64,000 bases of DNA, taken from contig JAWLBL010000026.1 of assembly GCA_041687695.1 (NCBI GenBank), positions 32,001-96,000 of the forward strand, read 5' to 3'. The DNA comes from Myxococcota bacterium (lineage in GTDB: Bacteria; Myxococcota_A; UBA9042; PHBI01; JAWLBL01). This document shows, one piece after another, positions 37,592-46,549 of this stretch. The stretch's first letter is position 1. Every line of letters starts with the position of its first letter. Position numbers and translations under genes: made by a program. A model generated the notes under the pieces. That model searched no databases. It was given only the letters and a program-made list of their open reading frames with translations, and was not told the DNA's origin.

Positions 37592-39043
37592 CTAGAGGCC
37601 CCCGCGCTCGCAAGCCAGCAGGCGCTGGTAGGCCTGCCAGTCGGCGCCGCCGCGCTGCTTCAAGCGGCCGGCCAGGACGCGGTTGTCCAGGGCGCGGACG
37701 AGGCGATGGAGCGGCGCCGCCTTGCGCTCGAGGTCGTCGGCCTCGAGGCGCGCGCGGCCCACGTCGTTCACGGCCGCGCGGTACTCGGCGTACAGCTTGG
37801 ACTGGGCGAGGTGCCGCTCTATGTCGGCGCGCTCGGCCGTGAGGGTCGCGTGGAAGTCGGGGTGCCACGGGTCGTCGAGGACCGGCCAGCGGGCCAGCAG
37901 CTCGGCCGCCAGGCGGTAGTAGGCGCCTTGCTCGATGCGGCCGCGCTCGTCGATGCGGCGCTGGGCGCGGGCGATCTGCCCGTCGAGCGCCGCCAGCTGC
38001 GCCCGCGCGGCGTCGGGGCGCCCCGTCAGGCCCAGCTCGCGCGACAGCGCCTCGACGACGGCGTCCTCCTCGGGCAGCGCCACGGCCGCCGAGGCGCCCG
38101 AGCCCGGCGCGACCTGCCGCAGCCAGCGCTCGGAGGTCGTGGTGGGGACGTCGATGGATTTGGACGCGACCCGGACGCGCGTGTGGGCCTCGAGCAGCGA
38201 GATCCGGCCGTCTCCGTCCAGGTCGAGCGCCTCGGTGGGCAGCGGCTGGCCGGCCTGGTCGCGCCCGCGCAGCGCGTTGAGGAAGACCAACCCGTAGCCG
38301 CGCTCGCGCGCCTCGGGGTCGGCGTCGCAGCCGGAGGCCTCGCGGTCCCAGAGGGTCGAGAAGAAGCCGCAGCGGTCGCCCTTGGGCGCGCCGCGGGACG
38401 GGTCGGCGCCCGTGAAGGCCAGCTCGGCGAAGCCCCCGGAGTAACACGAGGTCACCACCGCGCGGACCGTCCGGCCCGGCGGTGCCTGGTCGAGCGCCTG
38501 CGCCAGGTCCCCGGCCTCGAGCGACCACCCGCCCCACAGGGCGACGGCGTTGTCGCGCGGGGTCTTGCCCTTCTGGCCGTGGGCCGCGAAGTACAGGGTC
38601 AGCGGGTCGGTGCCCTGCCGCAGGGCGGCGCGGATGTGGTCGAGGGTGCCGGCGGCGGTCGCCGCGTCCTGCGGGCGCAGGCGGGTCGCGCGGTAGCGGG
38701 CGTCGCGGCCGCCGCGCGGGTCGAAGAGATCGGCCAGCTGGCGCAGCAGCCGGTCGCCGCGGTCGGCGCGATCGAGCACCTGGACCCCGTGGCTGTCGGG
38801 GCCGCCCGCGAAGAGCAGGCGCCCGCCGGGGCCGAAGACCTCTTGCGCGAGGCCCAGGTCGGCCTCGAGCGAGACCTGGTTGTACTCGGGGCTGGTGCCG
38901 CCGCCGGCGGCGATCCAGCGCACCGGGCCGGTCGGCGGGGCGGGCGCGGCGAGGGCCGTACCCAGGGCGGCGAGCCCGGCGGCGGCCCCGACGAGGGCGA
39001 TCTTGAAGGCGGGGCGGCGACGACGGATCGGGTGCGTGACCAT
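37592..39043 (-). CDS. exported clan CD (caspase/legumain-like) cysteine peptidase
   Basis: Signal peptide; LYFAAHG and VVTSCYSGGF His/Cys dyad motifs; EF-hand-like DLDGDGRISLLEA; C-terminal coiled coil. Confidence 0.7.
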   Translation of the reverse strand: MVTHPIRRRRPAFKIALVGAAAGLAALGTALAAPAPPTGPVRWIAAGGGTSPEYNQVSLEADLGLAQEVFGPGGRLLFAGGPDSHGVQVLDRADRGDRLLRQLADLFDPRGGRDARYRATRLRPQDAATAAGTLDHIRAALRQGTDPLTLYFAAHGQKGKTPRDNAVALWGGWSLEAGDLAQALDQAPPGRTVRAVVTSCYSGGFAELAFTGADPSRGAPKGDRCGFFSTLWDREASGCDADPEARERGYGLVFLNALRGRDQAGQPLPTEALDLDGDGRISLLEAHTRVRVASKSIDVPTTTSERWLRQVAPGSGASAAVALPEEDAVVEALSRELGLTGRPDAARAQLAALDGQIARAQRRIDERGRIEQGAYYRLAAELLARWPVLDDPWHPDFHATLTAERADIERHLAQSKLYAEYRAAVNDVGRARLEADDLERKAAPLHRLVRALDNRVLAGRLKQRGGADWQAYQRLLACERGGL

Positions 39044-39159
39044 GCGGCGGGAGTACCACGGCGTGCGTGTGGGGCCAACTTCGCGGAACGATGTGAGTTT
39101 TTGACCATGGTCGGCCGCGCGGCTGGCGCGACTGCGCGCTGCGTGGATGATGGCCGGCG

Positions 39160-40110
39160 ATGCCCGCGCCGCCTCGCCCCAAGCCCTGGTTCCTGGTCGT
39201 CCGCGCCCTGATCGGGCTGGGCGCGCTGGCGACCGTCATGGGCTTTGCGGGGACCTGGGGGTGGTCGTTCGAGCTGGCGAGCCACTTTCGGCCGCAGTAC
39301 GCGCTGGGGCTGGCGGTCTGCGCCGGGTTGGCCGCGCTGGCGCGGCGCTTCGGGGCCGCGGCCGTGGCGGCGGCGGCGGCGCTGGTGAACCTGGCGCTGC
39401 TCTCGCCCAGCTGGTTCGGAGCGCCCGAGGCGACGCCGGGGCCCCAGCGGCTGAAGCTGCTGATCGCCAATGTCCAGCTGGGTAACCCGGACCCGGCGCG
39501 GCTCGTGGCGCTGGTCGAGGCCGAGCGGCCCGATGTCGTCGGGCTGCTGGAGCTGGGCCCCGATTGGGCCGACGCCCTGGACCGGCCGCTGGCGGGCTTG
39601 CCGCATCGCCGCGTGTTGCCGCGCGACGACCGCTTCGGCATCGCGGTCTACAGCCGGCGCCCGATCGAGGTCACGCCGCACGAGGGCGACCACACGCCGG
39701 TCCTGTGGGCCCGCGTCCCCCTGGGCGACCAGGCCGTCAACCTGGCCGTCGTCCACGTCTACCCGCCCATGACCCCCCAGCTGGCCGGCTGGCGGGACGA
39801 GCAGCTGCTGGCCATCGCCCGCGAGGCCGCCGCCCGGCCCGAGCCCACGGTCGTGTGCGGCGATCTCAACGCGACGCCCTGGTCGCCCATCTTCGACCGC
39901 GTGCTCGAGGTCGGCGGGCTGGCCGACACGCGGCGCGGCTTCGGCGTCCAGGCCTCGTGGCCCTCTCCGCTGGGGCCGCTGGGCATCCCCATCGACCACT
40001 GCCTGACGACCGCGGGGCTGGTCGCGGTGGACCGGCGGATCGGCCCGGCGTTGGGCTCGGACCACCGGCCCGTCATCGTGACCCTGGCGCGCGCGGCCGC
40101 GTCGCCTTGA
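39160..40110 (+). CDS. endonuclease/exonuclease/phosphatase family membrane protein (YafD-like)
   Basis: N-terminal TMs with ELASHFRPQY; PDVVGLLE, GDLNATPWS, IDH, GSDHRP. Confidence 0.85.
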   Translation: MPAPPRPKPWFLVVRALIGLGALATVMGFAGTWGWSFELASHFRPQYALGLAVCAGLAALARRFGAAAVAAAAALVNLALLSPSWFGAPEATPGPQRLKLLIANVQLGNPDPARLVALVEAERPDVVGLLELGPDWADALDRPLAGLPHRRVLPRDDRFGIAVYSRRPIEVTPHEGDHTPVLWARVPLGDQAVNLAVVHVYPPMTPQLAGWRDEQLLAIAREAAARPEPTVVCGDLNATPWSPIFDRVLEVGGLADTRRGFGVQASWPSPLGPLGIPIDHCLTTAGLVAVDRRIGPALGSDHRPVIVTLARAAASP

Positions 40111-40164
40111 CCACCCCTCGCTCGGCGACTCCTGTTTCGACAGGACCGGGCAAGGGGGGCCGTC

Positions 40165-40617
40165 ATGAAGGTGGGGGAGATCTGCAATCGGCGCGTCGTG
40201 TTCGCGCGGCGCCACGAGTCGGTGACGCAGGCCGCCGAGCGGATGCGCGAGCACCACGTGGGCAACCTGATCGTGGTCGACGAGGGCGGCGAGGGGCGGG
40301 TGCCCATCGGCATCCTGACCGACCGCGACATCGTCGTCGGGGTGGTCGCGCGGTCGCCCGAGCGGCTGGAGGCGCTGACGGTCGGGGACGTGATGACCGA
40401 CGAGCTGGTGACGGCGCTGGCGGACGCGTCCGTGTACGACACGCTGATGGACATGCGGAAGCACGGCGTGCGGCGCATCCCGGTGGTCGACCGCGAGGAC
40501 GAGCTCATCGGCATCCTGGCCTTCGACGACGTGGTCGAGTACCTGGCCGAGGAGCTGGGCAAGCTGGCCGACATCGTGCGGCGCGAACGGCGGCGCGAGG
40601 AAGAGCGGCGGCCCTAG
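40165..40617 (+). CDS. CBS domain pair protein
   Basis: MREHHVGNLIVV...GILTDRDIV; MRKHGVRRIPVV...GILAFDDV. Confidence 0.9.
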   Translation: MKVGEICNRRVVFARRHESVTQAAERMREHHVGNLIVVDEGGEGRVPIGILTDRDIVVGVVARSPERLEALTVGDVMTDELVTALADASVYDTLMDMRKHGVRRIPVVDREDELIGILAFDDVVEYLAEELGKLADIVRRERRREEERRP

Positions 40618-40618
40618 C

Positions 40619-40782
40619 GAGGCTGTAGTGAATAAGCTGATTCGCCGGCTCCGGCCGATCTTGGGCAGCTCCGGCCCCGAGAGACGCTGCGGCGAACCGC
40701 CCGGTTCACCTCGGTCTCTCGGAACCGGATCTGCTCCAACCTCGGCTCGGATCCGACAAATCCCATTATTCACCACAGCCTC
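40619..40782. mobile_element. MITE-like non-autonomous element with long imperfect inverted repeats
   Basis: Termini GAGGCTGTAGTGAATAA / TTATTCACCACAGCCTC; IR extends about 67 bp; flanked by CTAGC direct repeat (40614-40618, 40783-40787). Confidence 0.72.
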
Positions 40783-40835
40783 CTAGCGAAGCGCCCGTGT
40801 GCTACAACATCGCGACGACCGGGAGGGCGCGCGCG

Positions 40836-42686
40836 ATGGGGCGACAGTGGGTGGCGGCGCTTTGGTGGGTGGCGATGGGCTGCGGCGGCGTGGGCGGCGA
40901 GGCGCCGGTCGAGGACGCGGCGGCCGACGTGGACGCCAAAGACGACCCCGAGGTCGGCGTCGACGCGGGAGTCGACGCCGACCCGGCCGACCTGTCCGAG
41001 GCCGAGGTGGACGCGGCGCCGGTCGACCCCGAGGCGCTGGCCGCCTGCGAGCAGGCCTGCGGCAAGCTGACGGGCTGCGCGCGGCTGACGCCCGAGGCCT
41101 GCGTCGACGGGTGCCTGGCCGCCGACGCGGACGGCTGCGGGCGCAAGTGCCTGGAGCTGTCCTGGTCGTGCGAGCTGGTCGAGGCCTGCCTGGGCGTCTC
41201 GGCGCCCGTGACGCCGCTGGCGCCCGGACCGTACGGCAAGGCTTGGCGTGAACTGGCCGGGCCCGTGACGCTGCCCACCACCGAGGGCGAGTGGCGGCTC
41301 GAGGAGCACTGGAACGGCGAGGACAGCTTCGTCTTCCTGATGTTCTCGGGCGGCTTCGACTTCGCCGAGCAGCTGTGGTCGTCGGATCTGAAGACCTGGC
41401 TGACCAACTCGCCGCCGAACGTGCACTACTTCTTCTTGTCCTACCTGGACCAGGACGGGCAGGACCGGGCGGCCGAGAACGTGGCCGCGATGAAGGCGCG
41501 GGTCGACGCGGCGCTGGACAAGGTCCACAAGCGCTGCCAGTGGCAGGGGCGGCTGCACTACGTGCCGGTCGAGGCGCGCACGGTCGGCGGCTGGGTCGGC
41601 GAGATGCTGCAGGGCTCGGGCACGCTGGCCTTCGCCATCGACCCGGCGCAGCGGATCCGGCAGGTCGGCATGCTGCACTCGATGGTCGCGAACGCGCCGC
41701 AGCTGAGCCACCTGAACTACGAGCTGGCGCACTACGCGTTCGAGCGGCAGCGGGCGGCGGCGCTGGCGGCGCGCGAGGCCGAGGCGCCGGTGACCGAGGT
41801 GGTGCTGACCCAGGGCGTGACCGTGCACGACGCCGTGCTCGAGGTGGCGCTGCCCTCGGCCGAGGCCATGGCCGGGTTCGACACGCTGGAGATCGATCTG
41901 GGCGCCTGGTGCCCCGGCCACGACGACGCCAACTGCGGCGAGTGGGACTACCTGTCGCACCTTTGGGTGTGCGAGGCCGGGTCGCCGCCCGAGGCGCCGT
42001 GCGAGCAGGAGGTCGCGCGCTGGATCACGACCTACCGCCGAGAGGGCCGCTGGGTGACCGACATCACGCCGATGCTCGCCACCCTGCGCGAGGGCGGGGC
42101 GCGCCGCTTCCGGTTCGCGGCGGGCAACCCCATCGAGGCCGATCTGCGGCTGCGGCTGTCGAACCGCGGCGTCGGCGCGCGGCCGGCGCAGCGGGTGCCG
42201 CTGTTCCAGGGCGGGGCCTTCGACGCCGGCTACAACGCCAAGTACGCGCCGCGGATGGTCGACGTGCCCGCGTGGGCGACCCGGGCCGAGCTGGTCGCGC
42301 TGGTGACCGGCCACGGCTTCGGCGTCGAGGTCGCCAACTGCGCCGAGTTCTGCAACCACACCCACCACTGGACCCTGGACGGCCACGAGGTGGTCGAGAC
42401 CCACGACGACGCCGGCACGACCTACGGGTGCGCGAACCGGGTGAGCGACGGGGTGGTGCCCAACCAGTACGGGACCTGGACCCTGGGCCGCGGCGGCTGG
42501 TGCCCCGGGCAGGACGTCGCGCCGTTCGTGGTGGACGTCACGGCGCACGTGACGCCCGGCGCGGCGGTCGAGGTGACCTACCAGGGGCTGTTCCAGGGGC
42601 AGGACTACGTGCCCGTGCCCGGCGGCAGCGGCGACGGCTTCCCCGGCAACATCCGGATGGAGTCGTTCCTGGTCTTCTACGAGTAG
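40836..42686 (+). CDS. peptide-N-glycosidase F-related lipoprotein
   Basis: Lipobox-like AMGC, acidic linker, Cys-rich module; EWDY, EVARWITTY, VTGHG, CAEFC, NQYGTWTLGRGGWCPG. Confidence 0.8.
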   Translation: MGRQWVAALWWVAMGCGGVGGEAPVEDAAADVDAKDDPEVGVDAGVDADPADLSEAEVDAAPVDPEALAACEQACGKLTGCARLTPEACVDGCLAADADGCGRKCLELSWSCELVEACLGVSAPVTPLAPGPYGKAWRELAGPVTLPTTEGEWRLEEHWNGEDSFVFLMFSGGFDFAEQLWSSDLKTWLTNSPPNVHYFFLSYLDQDGQDRAAENVAAMKARVDAALDKVHKRCQWQGRLHYVPVEARTVGGWVGEMLQGSGTLAFAIDPAQRIRQVGMLHSMVANAPQLSHLNYELAHYAFERQRAAALAAREAEAPVTEVVLTQGVTVHDAVLEVALPSAEAMAGFDTLEIDLGAWCPGHDDANCGEWDYLSHLWVCEAGSPPEAPCEQEVARWITTYRREGRWVTDITPMLATLREGGARRFRFAAGNPIEADLRLRLSNRGVGARPAQRVPLFQGGAFDAGYNAKYAPRMVDVPAWATRAELVALVTGHGFGVEVANCAEFCNHTHHWTLDGHEVVETHDDAGTTYGCANRVSDGVVPNQYGTWTLGRGGWCPGQDVAPFVVDVTAHVTPGAAVEVTYQGLFQGQDYVPVPGGSGDGFPGNIRMESFLVFYE

Positions 42687-43631
42687 TCAGGCGACGAACG
42701 GCACGGCCAGGGCGCTGAAGAGCTGGCGGTCCGCGTGGGCGCGGACGTAGTCGGGGTCGATGGCCGGGACCAGCTTGGCGGTGCGCACCGAGGCGTACCA
42801 GTGGACGACGCGCGTCTCGGGGGACAGGGCCTGGTCGAGGCGGGGGCGTCGGGTGTCGCGGAACCAGTGCTCGCTGATCTCGGGGGCCAGCGGGTAGAAG
42901 ACCGCCGGGGGATGCACCTCGAGGTCGCGGCCCGGGTACGAGGCCACGACGTCCTGGAGCAGGTGGGTGCCCAGGGCGAAGCGGACGGTCTGGCGCTCGC
43001 GCGGCATGTCGACCATGCGGGCGAGCAGCTCGCGGACCAGCGGGTGGCCGGGGGCGGCGCCCAGGACGGCGTTGTTGACGGCGGTGGGGTAGGCGCGCTG
43101 GACGACGTGGAAGGCGCGCCAGCCCTCCGGCGTGCGGCGCAGCACGTCGCGGACGACCGTGCGCAGGCCGGCGGCGGCCAGGGTCCTGGGGTGGCGCGAG
43201 CGGCGGACCGCGGCCGGGAAGACCAGGCGCTCGGCGCCGCAGAAGACGCCCGCGGTGGCGCGCAGCGGGCCCAGGCTGCGGACGGTCACCGTGTCGAGGT
43301 CCAGGTAGACGCCGCCCTCGGCCATGAGCAGGGCCGCGCGCACCATGTTGGCGCGGCCGGCGGGCTGCTCGATGCGGCGGTACAGGTCGACCAGGCGGTC
43401 GCCCAGACCGGGGACGGCGGCGAGGACGGCCTCGGCGTCCAGCGGTCGGGTCTCTAGGCCGGGGATGGTCTGGACGTCGGGCCACCAGCGGGTGCCCGAG
43501 AGGTCGTCGGCGTGGTGCAGGACGAGGCGCTGGAAGCCCCCGCGCCGCGCGGCCGAGCGCAGGGCCAGCACGTGGACCCAGGGGAGCTGCCGGCCGAACC
43601 AGATGAAGTGGGCGAGGGACGGGATGCTCAT
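42687..43631 (-). CDS. glycosyltransferase family 32 (DxD, OCH1-like)
   Basis: IPSLAHFIWFG, RANMVRAALL...GGVYLDLD, VNNAVLGAAPGHP; ATGA overlap with the malQ stop. Confidence 0.8.
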   Translation of the reverse strand: MSIPSLAHFIWFGRQLPWVHVLALRSAARRGGFQRLVLHHADDLSGTRWWPDVQTIPGLETRPLDAEAVLAAVPGLGDRLVDLYRRIEQPAGRANMVRAALLMAEGGVYLDLDTVTVRSLGPLRATAGVFCGAERLVFPAAVRRSRHPRTLAAAGLRTVVRDVLRRTPEGWRAFHVVQRAYPTAVNNAVLGAAPGHPLVRELLARMVDMPRERQTVRFALGTHLLQDVVASYPGRDLEVHPPAVFYPLAPEISEHWFRDTRRPRLDQALSPETRVVHWYASVRTAKLVPAIDPDYVRAHADRQLFSALAVPFVA

Positions 43632-45145
43632 GCGGGGAGGCGGCCGTACAGGGTGTTGAGCTCGCGGAGGGCGCCGCCGACCTCGTCGTTGAAGGCCTCG
43701 GCCCGGACGCGCCAGGCCCAGTTGCCGTCGGCGGCGCCGGGGGTGTTCATGCGCGCGCCGGAGTCGAGGCGCAGCACGTCCTGGAGCTGGGCGATGGCCG
43801 TGTGGCCGACCGAGGCCCAGCTGGCGCGCAACAGATCCCAGGCGACGTCGTGCCCGTCGGTGCCCAGGTAGCGGCGGACGTGGTCGCGCGTCGGCTCGGG
43901 CAGGCGCTGCCACCAGCCGACGGTCGTGTCGTTGTCGTGGGTGCCGGGGTAGACGACGCAGTTCTCGACGTGGTTGTGCGGCAGGAAGGGGTTGGAGGCG
44001 TCCTCGCCGAAGGCGAAGTGCAGGACCTTCATGCCGGGCACGGCGACCGCGTCGCGCAGATCGTGGACGCGCTGGTCGATGTTGCCCAGATCCTCGGCGA
44101 TGATGGGCAGGTCGCCCAGCGCCTGCCGCAGATCGTCGAACACGCCGCGGCCCGGGCCCTGGACCCACTTGCCGGGGCGCGCGTCCTTGGCGCCGGGCGG
44201 GACCTCCCAGTAGTCGGCGAAGGCGCGGAAGTGGTCGATGCGCACGACGTCGACCTGCCGCAGGATGCGGCGCAGGCGTTGGACCCACCAGCGGTGCTGC
44301 TGCCGCCCCATCAGCGGCCAGTCGTACAGCGGGTTGCCCCACAGCTGGCCCGTCTCGCTGAAGTAGTCGGGCGGCACGCCGGCGACGCCCAGCGGCTGCC
44401 CCTGGTAGTCCAGGCGGAACTGCTCGCGGTCGCTCCAGACGTCGGCGCTGTCGCGGTCGACGTAGATGGGCAGGTCCCCGACGACGCGGACGCCGCGCTG
44501 GGCGGCGTGGTGCTTGAGCGCGTGCCACTGCCGCTCGAACAGCAACTGCACCGCGATCTGGTGGTCGACCTCTTCGCGCAGGCGGTCCGTGGCCTTGGCC
44601 AGGGCGTCCGGCTTGCGGTCGCGCAGCGGCGGGTCCCAGCGCCACCAGGGGGCGCCGTCGTGCGCGTCCTTGAGCGCCGCGAACAGGGCGGCGTCCTCGA
44701 CCCAGGGCTCGTCGGCGCGGAAGCGCTCGAGCTCGCCGCGCAGCGGGTGCTTGGGGTCGGTCGCCAGCCGGCGCGTGGCCTTGCGGACGAGGGGGCGCTT
44801 GAAGGCGGCGACCTGGGCGAAGTCGACGCGGTCGGGCGAGGTGGGGCCGACCTCGAGATCGGCCACGTCGACGAGGCCCTCGTCGAGCAGCCCCTCGGGA
44901 TCGATGAGCCACGGGCTGCCCGACAGGGAGCTGGCCGTGGAGTAGGGCGAGGCGCCCGGGCCCGGCGGGTTGAGCGGCAGGATCTGCCACGCGGTCATCC
45001 CCGCGTCGGCGAGCCAGTCGACGAAGCGGTGGGCCGCCTCGCCGAGGTCGCCGATGCCGAAGCGGCCGGGCAGCGACGTCGGATGCAGCAGCAGGCCGGC
45101 GCCGCGGAAGAAGACCGAGGAGCTGTGCGCGGGGGTGGTCGTCAT
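43628..45145 (-). CDS. malQ: 4-alpha-glucanotransferase (amylomaltase)
   Basis: GLLLHPTSLPG, WQILPL, GDLPIYV, GVPPDYFSETGQLWGNP, RIDHFR, AEDLG, YPGTHDNDT, MNTPG. Confidence 0.95.
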   Translation of the reverse strand: MTTTPAHSSSVFFRGAGLLLHPTSLPGRFGIGDLGEAAHRFVDWLADAGMTAWQILPLNPPGPGASPYSTASSLSGSPWLIDPEGLLDEGLVDVADLEVGPTSPDRVDFAQVAAFKRPLVRKATRRLATDPKHPLRGELERFRADEPWVEDAALFAALKDAHDGAPWWRWDPPLRDRKPDALAKATDRLREEVDHQIAVQLLFERQWHALKHHAAQRGVRVVGDLPIYVDRDSADVWSDREQFRLDYQGQPLGVAGVPPDYFSETGQLWGNPLYDWPLMGRQQHRWWVQRLRRILRQVDVVRIDHFRAFADYWEVPPGAKDARPGKWVQGPGRGVFDDLRQALGDLPIIAEDLGNIDQRVHDLRDAVAVPGMKVLHFAFGEDASNPFLPHNHVENCVVYPGTHDNDTTVGWWQRLPEPTRDHVRRYLGTDGHDVAWDLLRASWASVGHTAIAQLQDVLRLDSGARMNTPGAADGNWAWRVRAEAFNDEVGGALRELNTLYGRLPA

Positions 45146-45184
45146 GGGCCGCAAGAGTGCCCCCGCCCCGAGGGGGTGGCAAGC

Positions 45185-45246
45185 ACGCAGCTTCACGCCT
45201 CGGGGTGACGCAGCTTCACGCCTCGGGGTGACGCAGCTTCACGCCT
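45185..45246. repeat. 23-bp tandem repeat, about 2.7 copies
   Basis: ACGCAGCTTCACGCCTCGGGGTG at 45185 and 45208, partial copy at 45231. Confidence 0.9.
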
Positions 45247-45320
45247 TGCACGCTGCGACACGGGCCGCACCGCGCGCAGGACGCTGGTCAAAGCGAGCGG
45301 CGGAGCTTATCAAGGGGCTC

Positions 45321-46484
45321 ATGCCCCGCCATCCACGCGTCTCGCCCACCACCGAGTCCATCTCGTCGCGCGTGTTCAGCGCCCTGACCGACCGCATCGC
45401 GCGCCACCCGGGCCCGCTGTACCCGCTGCACGTCGGGGACACCTGGCTCGAGCCGCTCGAGGCCGCGCGCGCCGAGGCCCAGCGCACGGACGACGCCCCC
45501 GGACTGCACAGGTACACGCCGCCACAGGGGCTGCCGGAGCTGCTGGCCGTCATCGCCGACCGGCTCCACCGCCGCTCCGGCCTGTCCGTCGACCCCGCCT
45601 GCGTCCAGGTCGTCTCGGGCGCCACCAGCGGCCTCGCCGTCGTCTGCCAGACCCTCCTCGACCCGGGCGACGAGGTCCTGCTGCCCTCGCCGTTCTGGCC
45701 CCTCGTCCGCGGCATCATCGCCGCCCGCGGCGCCGTCCCGGTCCAGGTCCCCCTCTTCACGCACCTCGGCGAGCCCGGCTTCGACCTCGAGGCCGCCCTC
45801 GAGGCCGCCATCACGCCCCGCACCGCCGCCCTGTACGTCAACTCGCCCCACAACCCCACCGGCCGCATCCTCGGCCCCGCCGACATCGACGCCATCGCCC
45901 GCGTCGCCACCCGCCACGACCTGTGGGTCATGACCGACGAGGTCTACGAGGAGCTCTACTTCGGCGACGCGCCCCCGCCCCCCGTCTGGGCCCACCCCGA
46001 TCTGCGCGACCGCGCCATCGCGACCCACAGCCTGTCCAAGGCCTATGGCCTCGCCGGCGCCCGCGTCGGCTACACCCACGGCCCGCCGGACGTGATGAAG
46101 CGCGTCCAGGGCGTCCACACCTTCCTGGTCTACTGCGCCGCCCGCCCCATGCAGCGCGGCGCCATCGCCGCCCTGCGCGACGGCGACGCCTGGCTCGCCG
46201 ACGCCCGCCGCGCCTACCGCGACGCCGCCGCCCGCGCCTCGGCCGCCCTCGACCTGCCCATGCCCGCCTCCGGCACCTTCCTCTTCTTCGACACCGCGCC
46301 CTGGCTCGGCGGCGGCGACGACGCGCTGCCCTTCCTCGAGCGCTGCGTCGACGCGGGCGTCATCCTGGTCCCCGGCGCCTCCTCCGGCGACGCCTACCGC
46401 CGCTGGGCCCGCCTGTGCTTCACCTCGGTGCCGCCCGACCAGCTCGACCAGGCCCTCGAGCGCCTGCGCGGCGTCATGCGCTGA
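45321..46484 (+). CDS. PLP-dependent aminotransferase class I/II
   Basis: YTPPQGLPEL, NSPHNPTG, DEVY, SLSKAYGLAGARVG. Confidence 0.9.
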   Translation: MPRHPRVSPTTESISSRVFSALTDRIARHPGPLYPLHVGDTWLEPLEAARAEAQRTDDAPGLHRYTPPQGLPELLAVIADRLHRRSGLSVDPACVQVVSGATSGLAVVCQTLLDPGDEVLLPSPFWPLVRGIIAARGAVPVQVPLFTHLGEPGFDLEAALEAAITPRTAALYVNSPHNPTGRILGPADIDAIARVATRHDLWVMTDEVYEELYFGDAPPPPVWAHPDLRDRAIATHSLSKAYGLAGARVGYTHGPPDVMKRVQGVHTFLVYCAARPMQRGAIAALRDGDAWLADARRAYRDAAARASAALDLPMPASGTFLFFDTAPWLGGGDDALPFLERCVDAGVILVPGASSGDAYRRWARLCFTSVPPDQLDQALERLRGVMR

Positions 46485-46514
46485 CACCGGGGCCGCTCCG
46501 CGGGCCGTTCGCCC

Positions 46515-46542
46515 TTGCGATCCGCGGCCGGGTGACTAGCCT
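46515..46542 (+). promoter_or_regulatory. promoter for xth (leaderless geometry)
   Basis: TTGCGA-16-TAGCCT, 7 nt before ATG 46550; no SD. Confidence 0.55.
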
Positions 46543-46549
46543 GCCGCCC

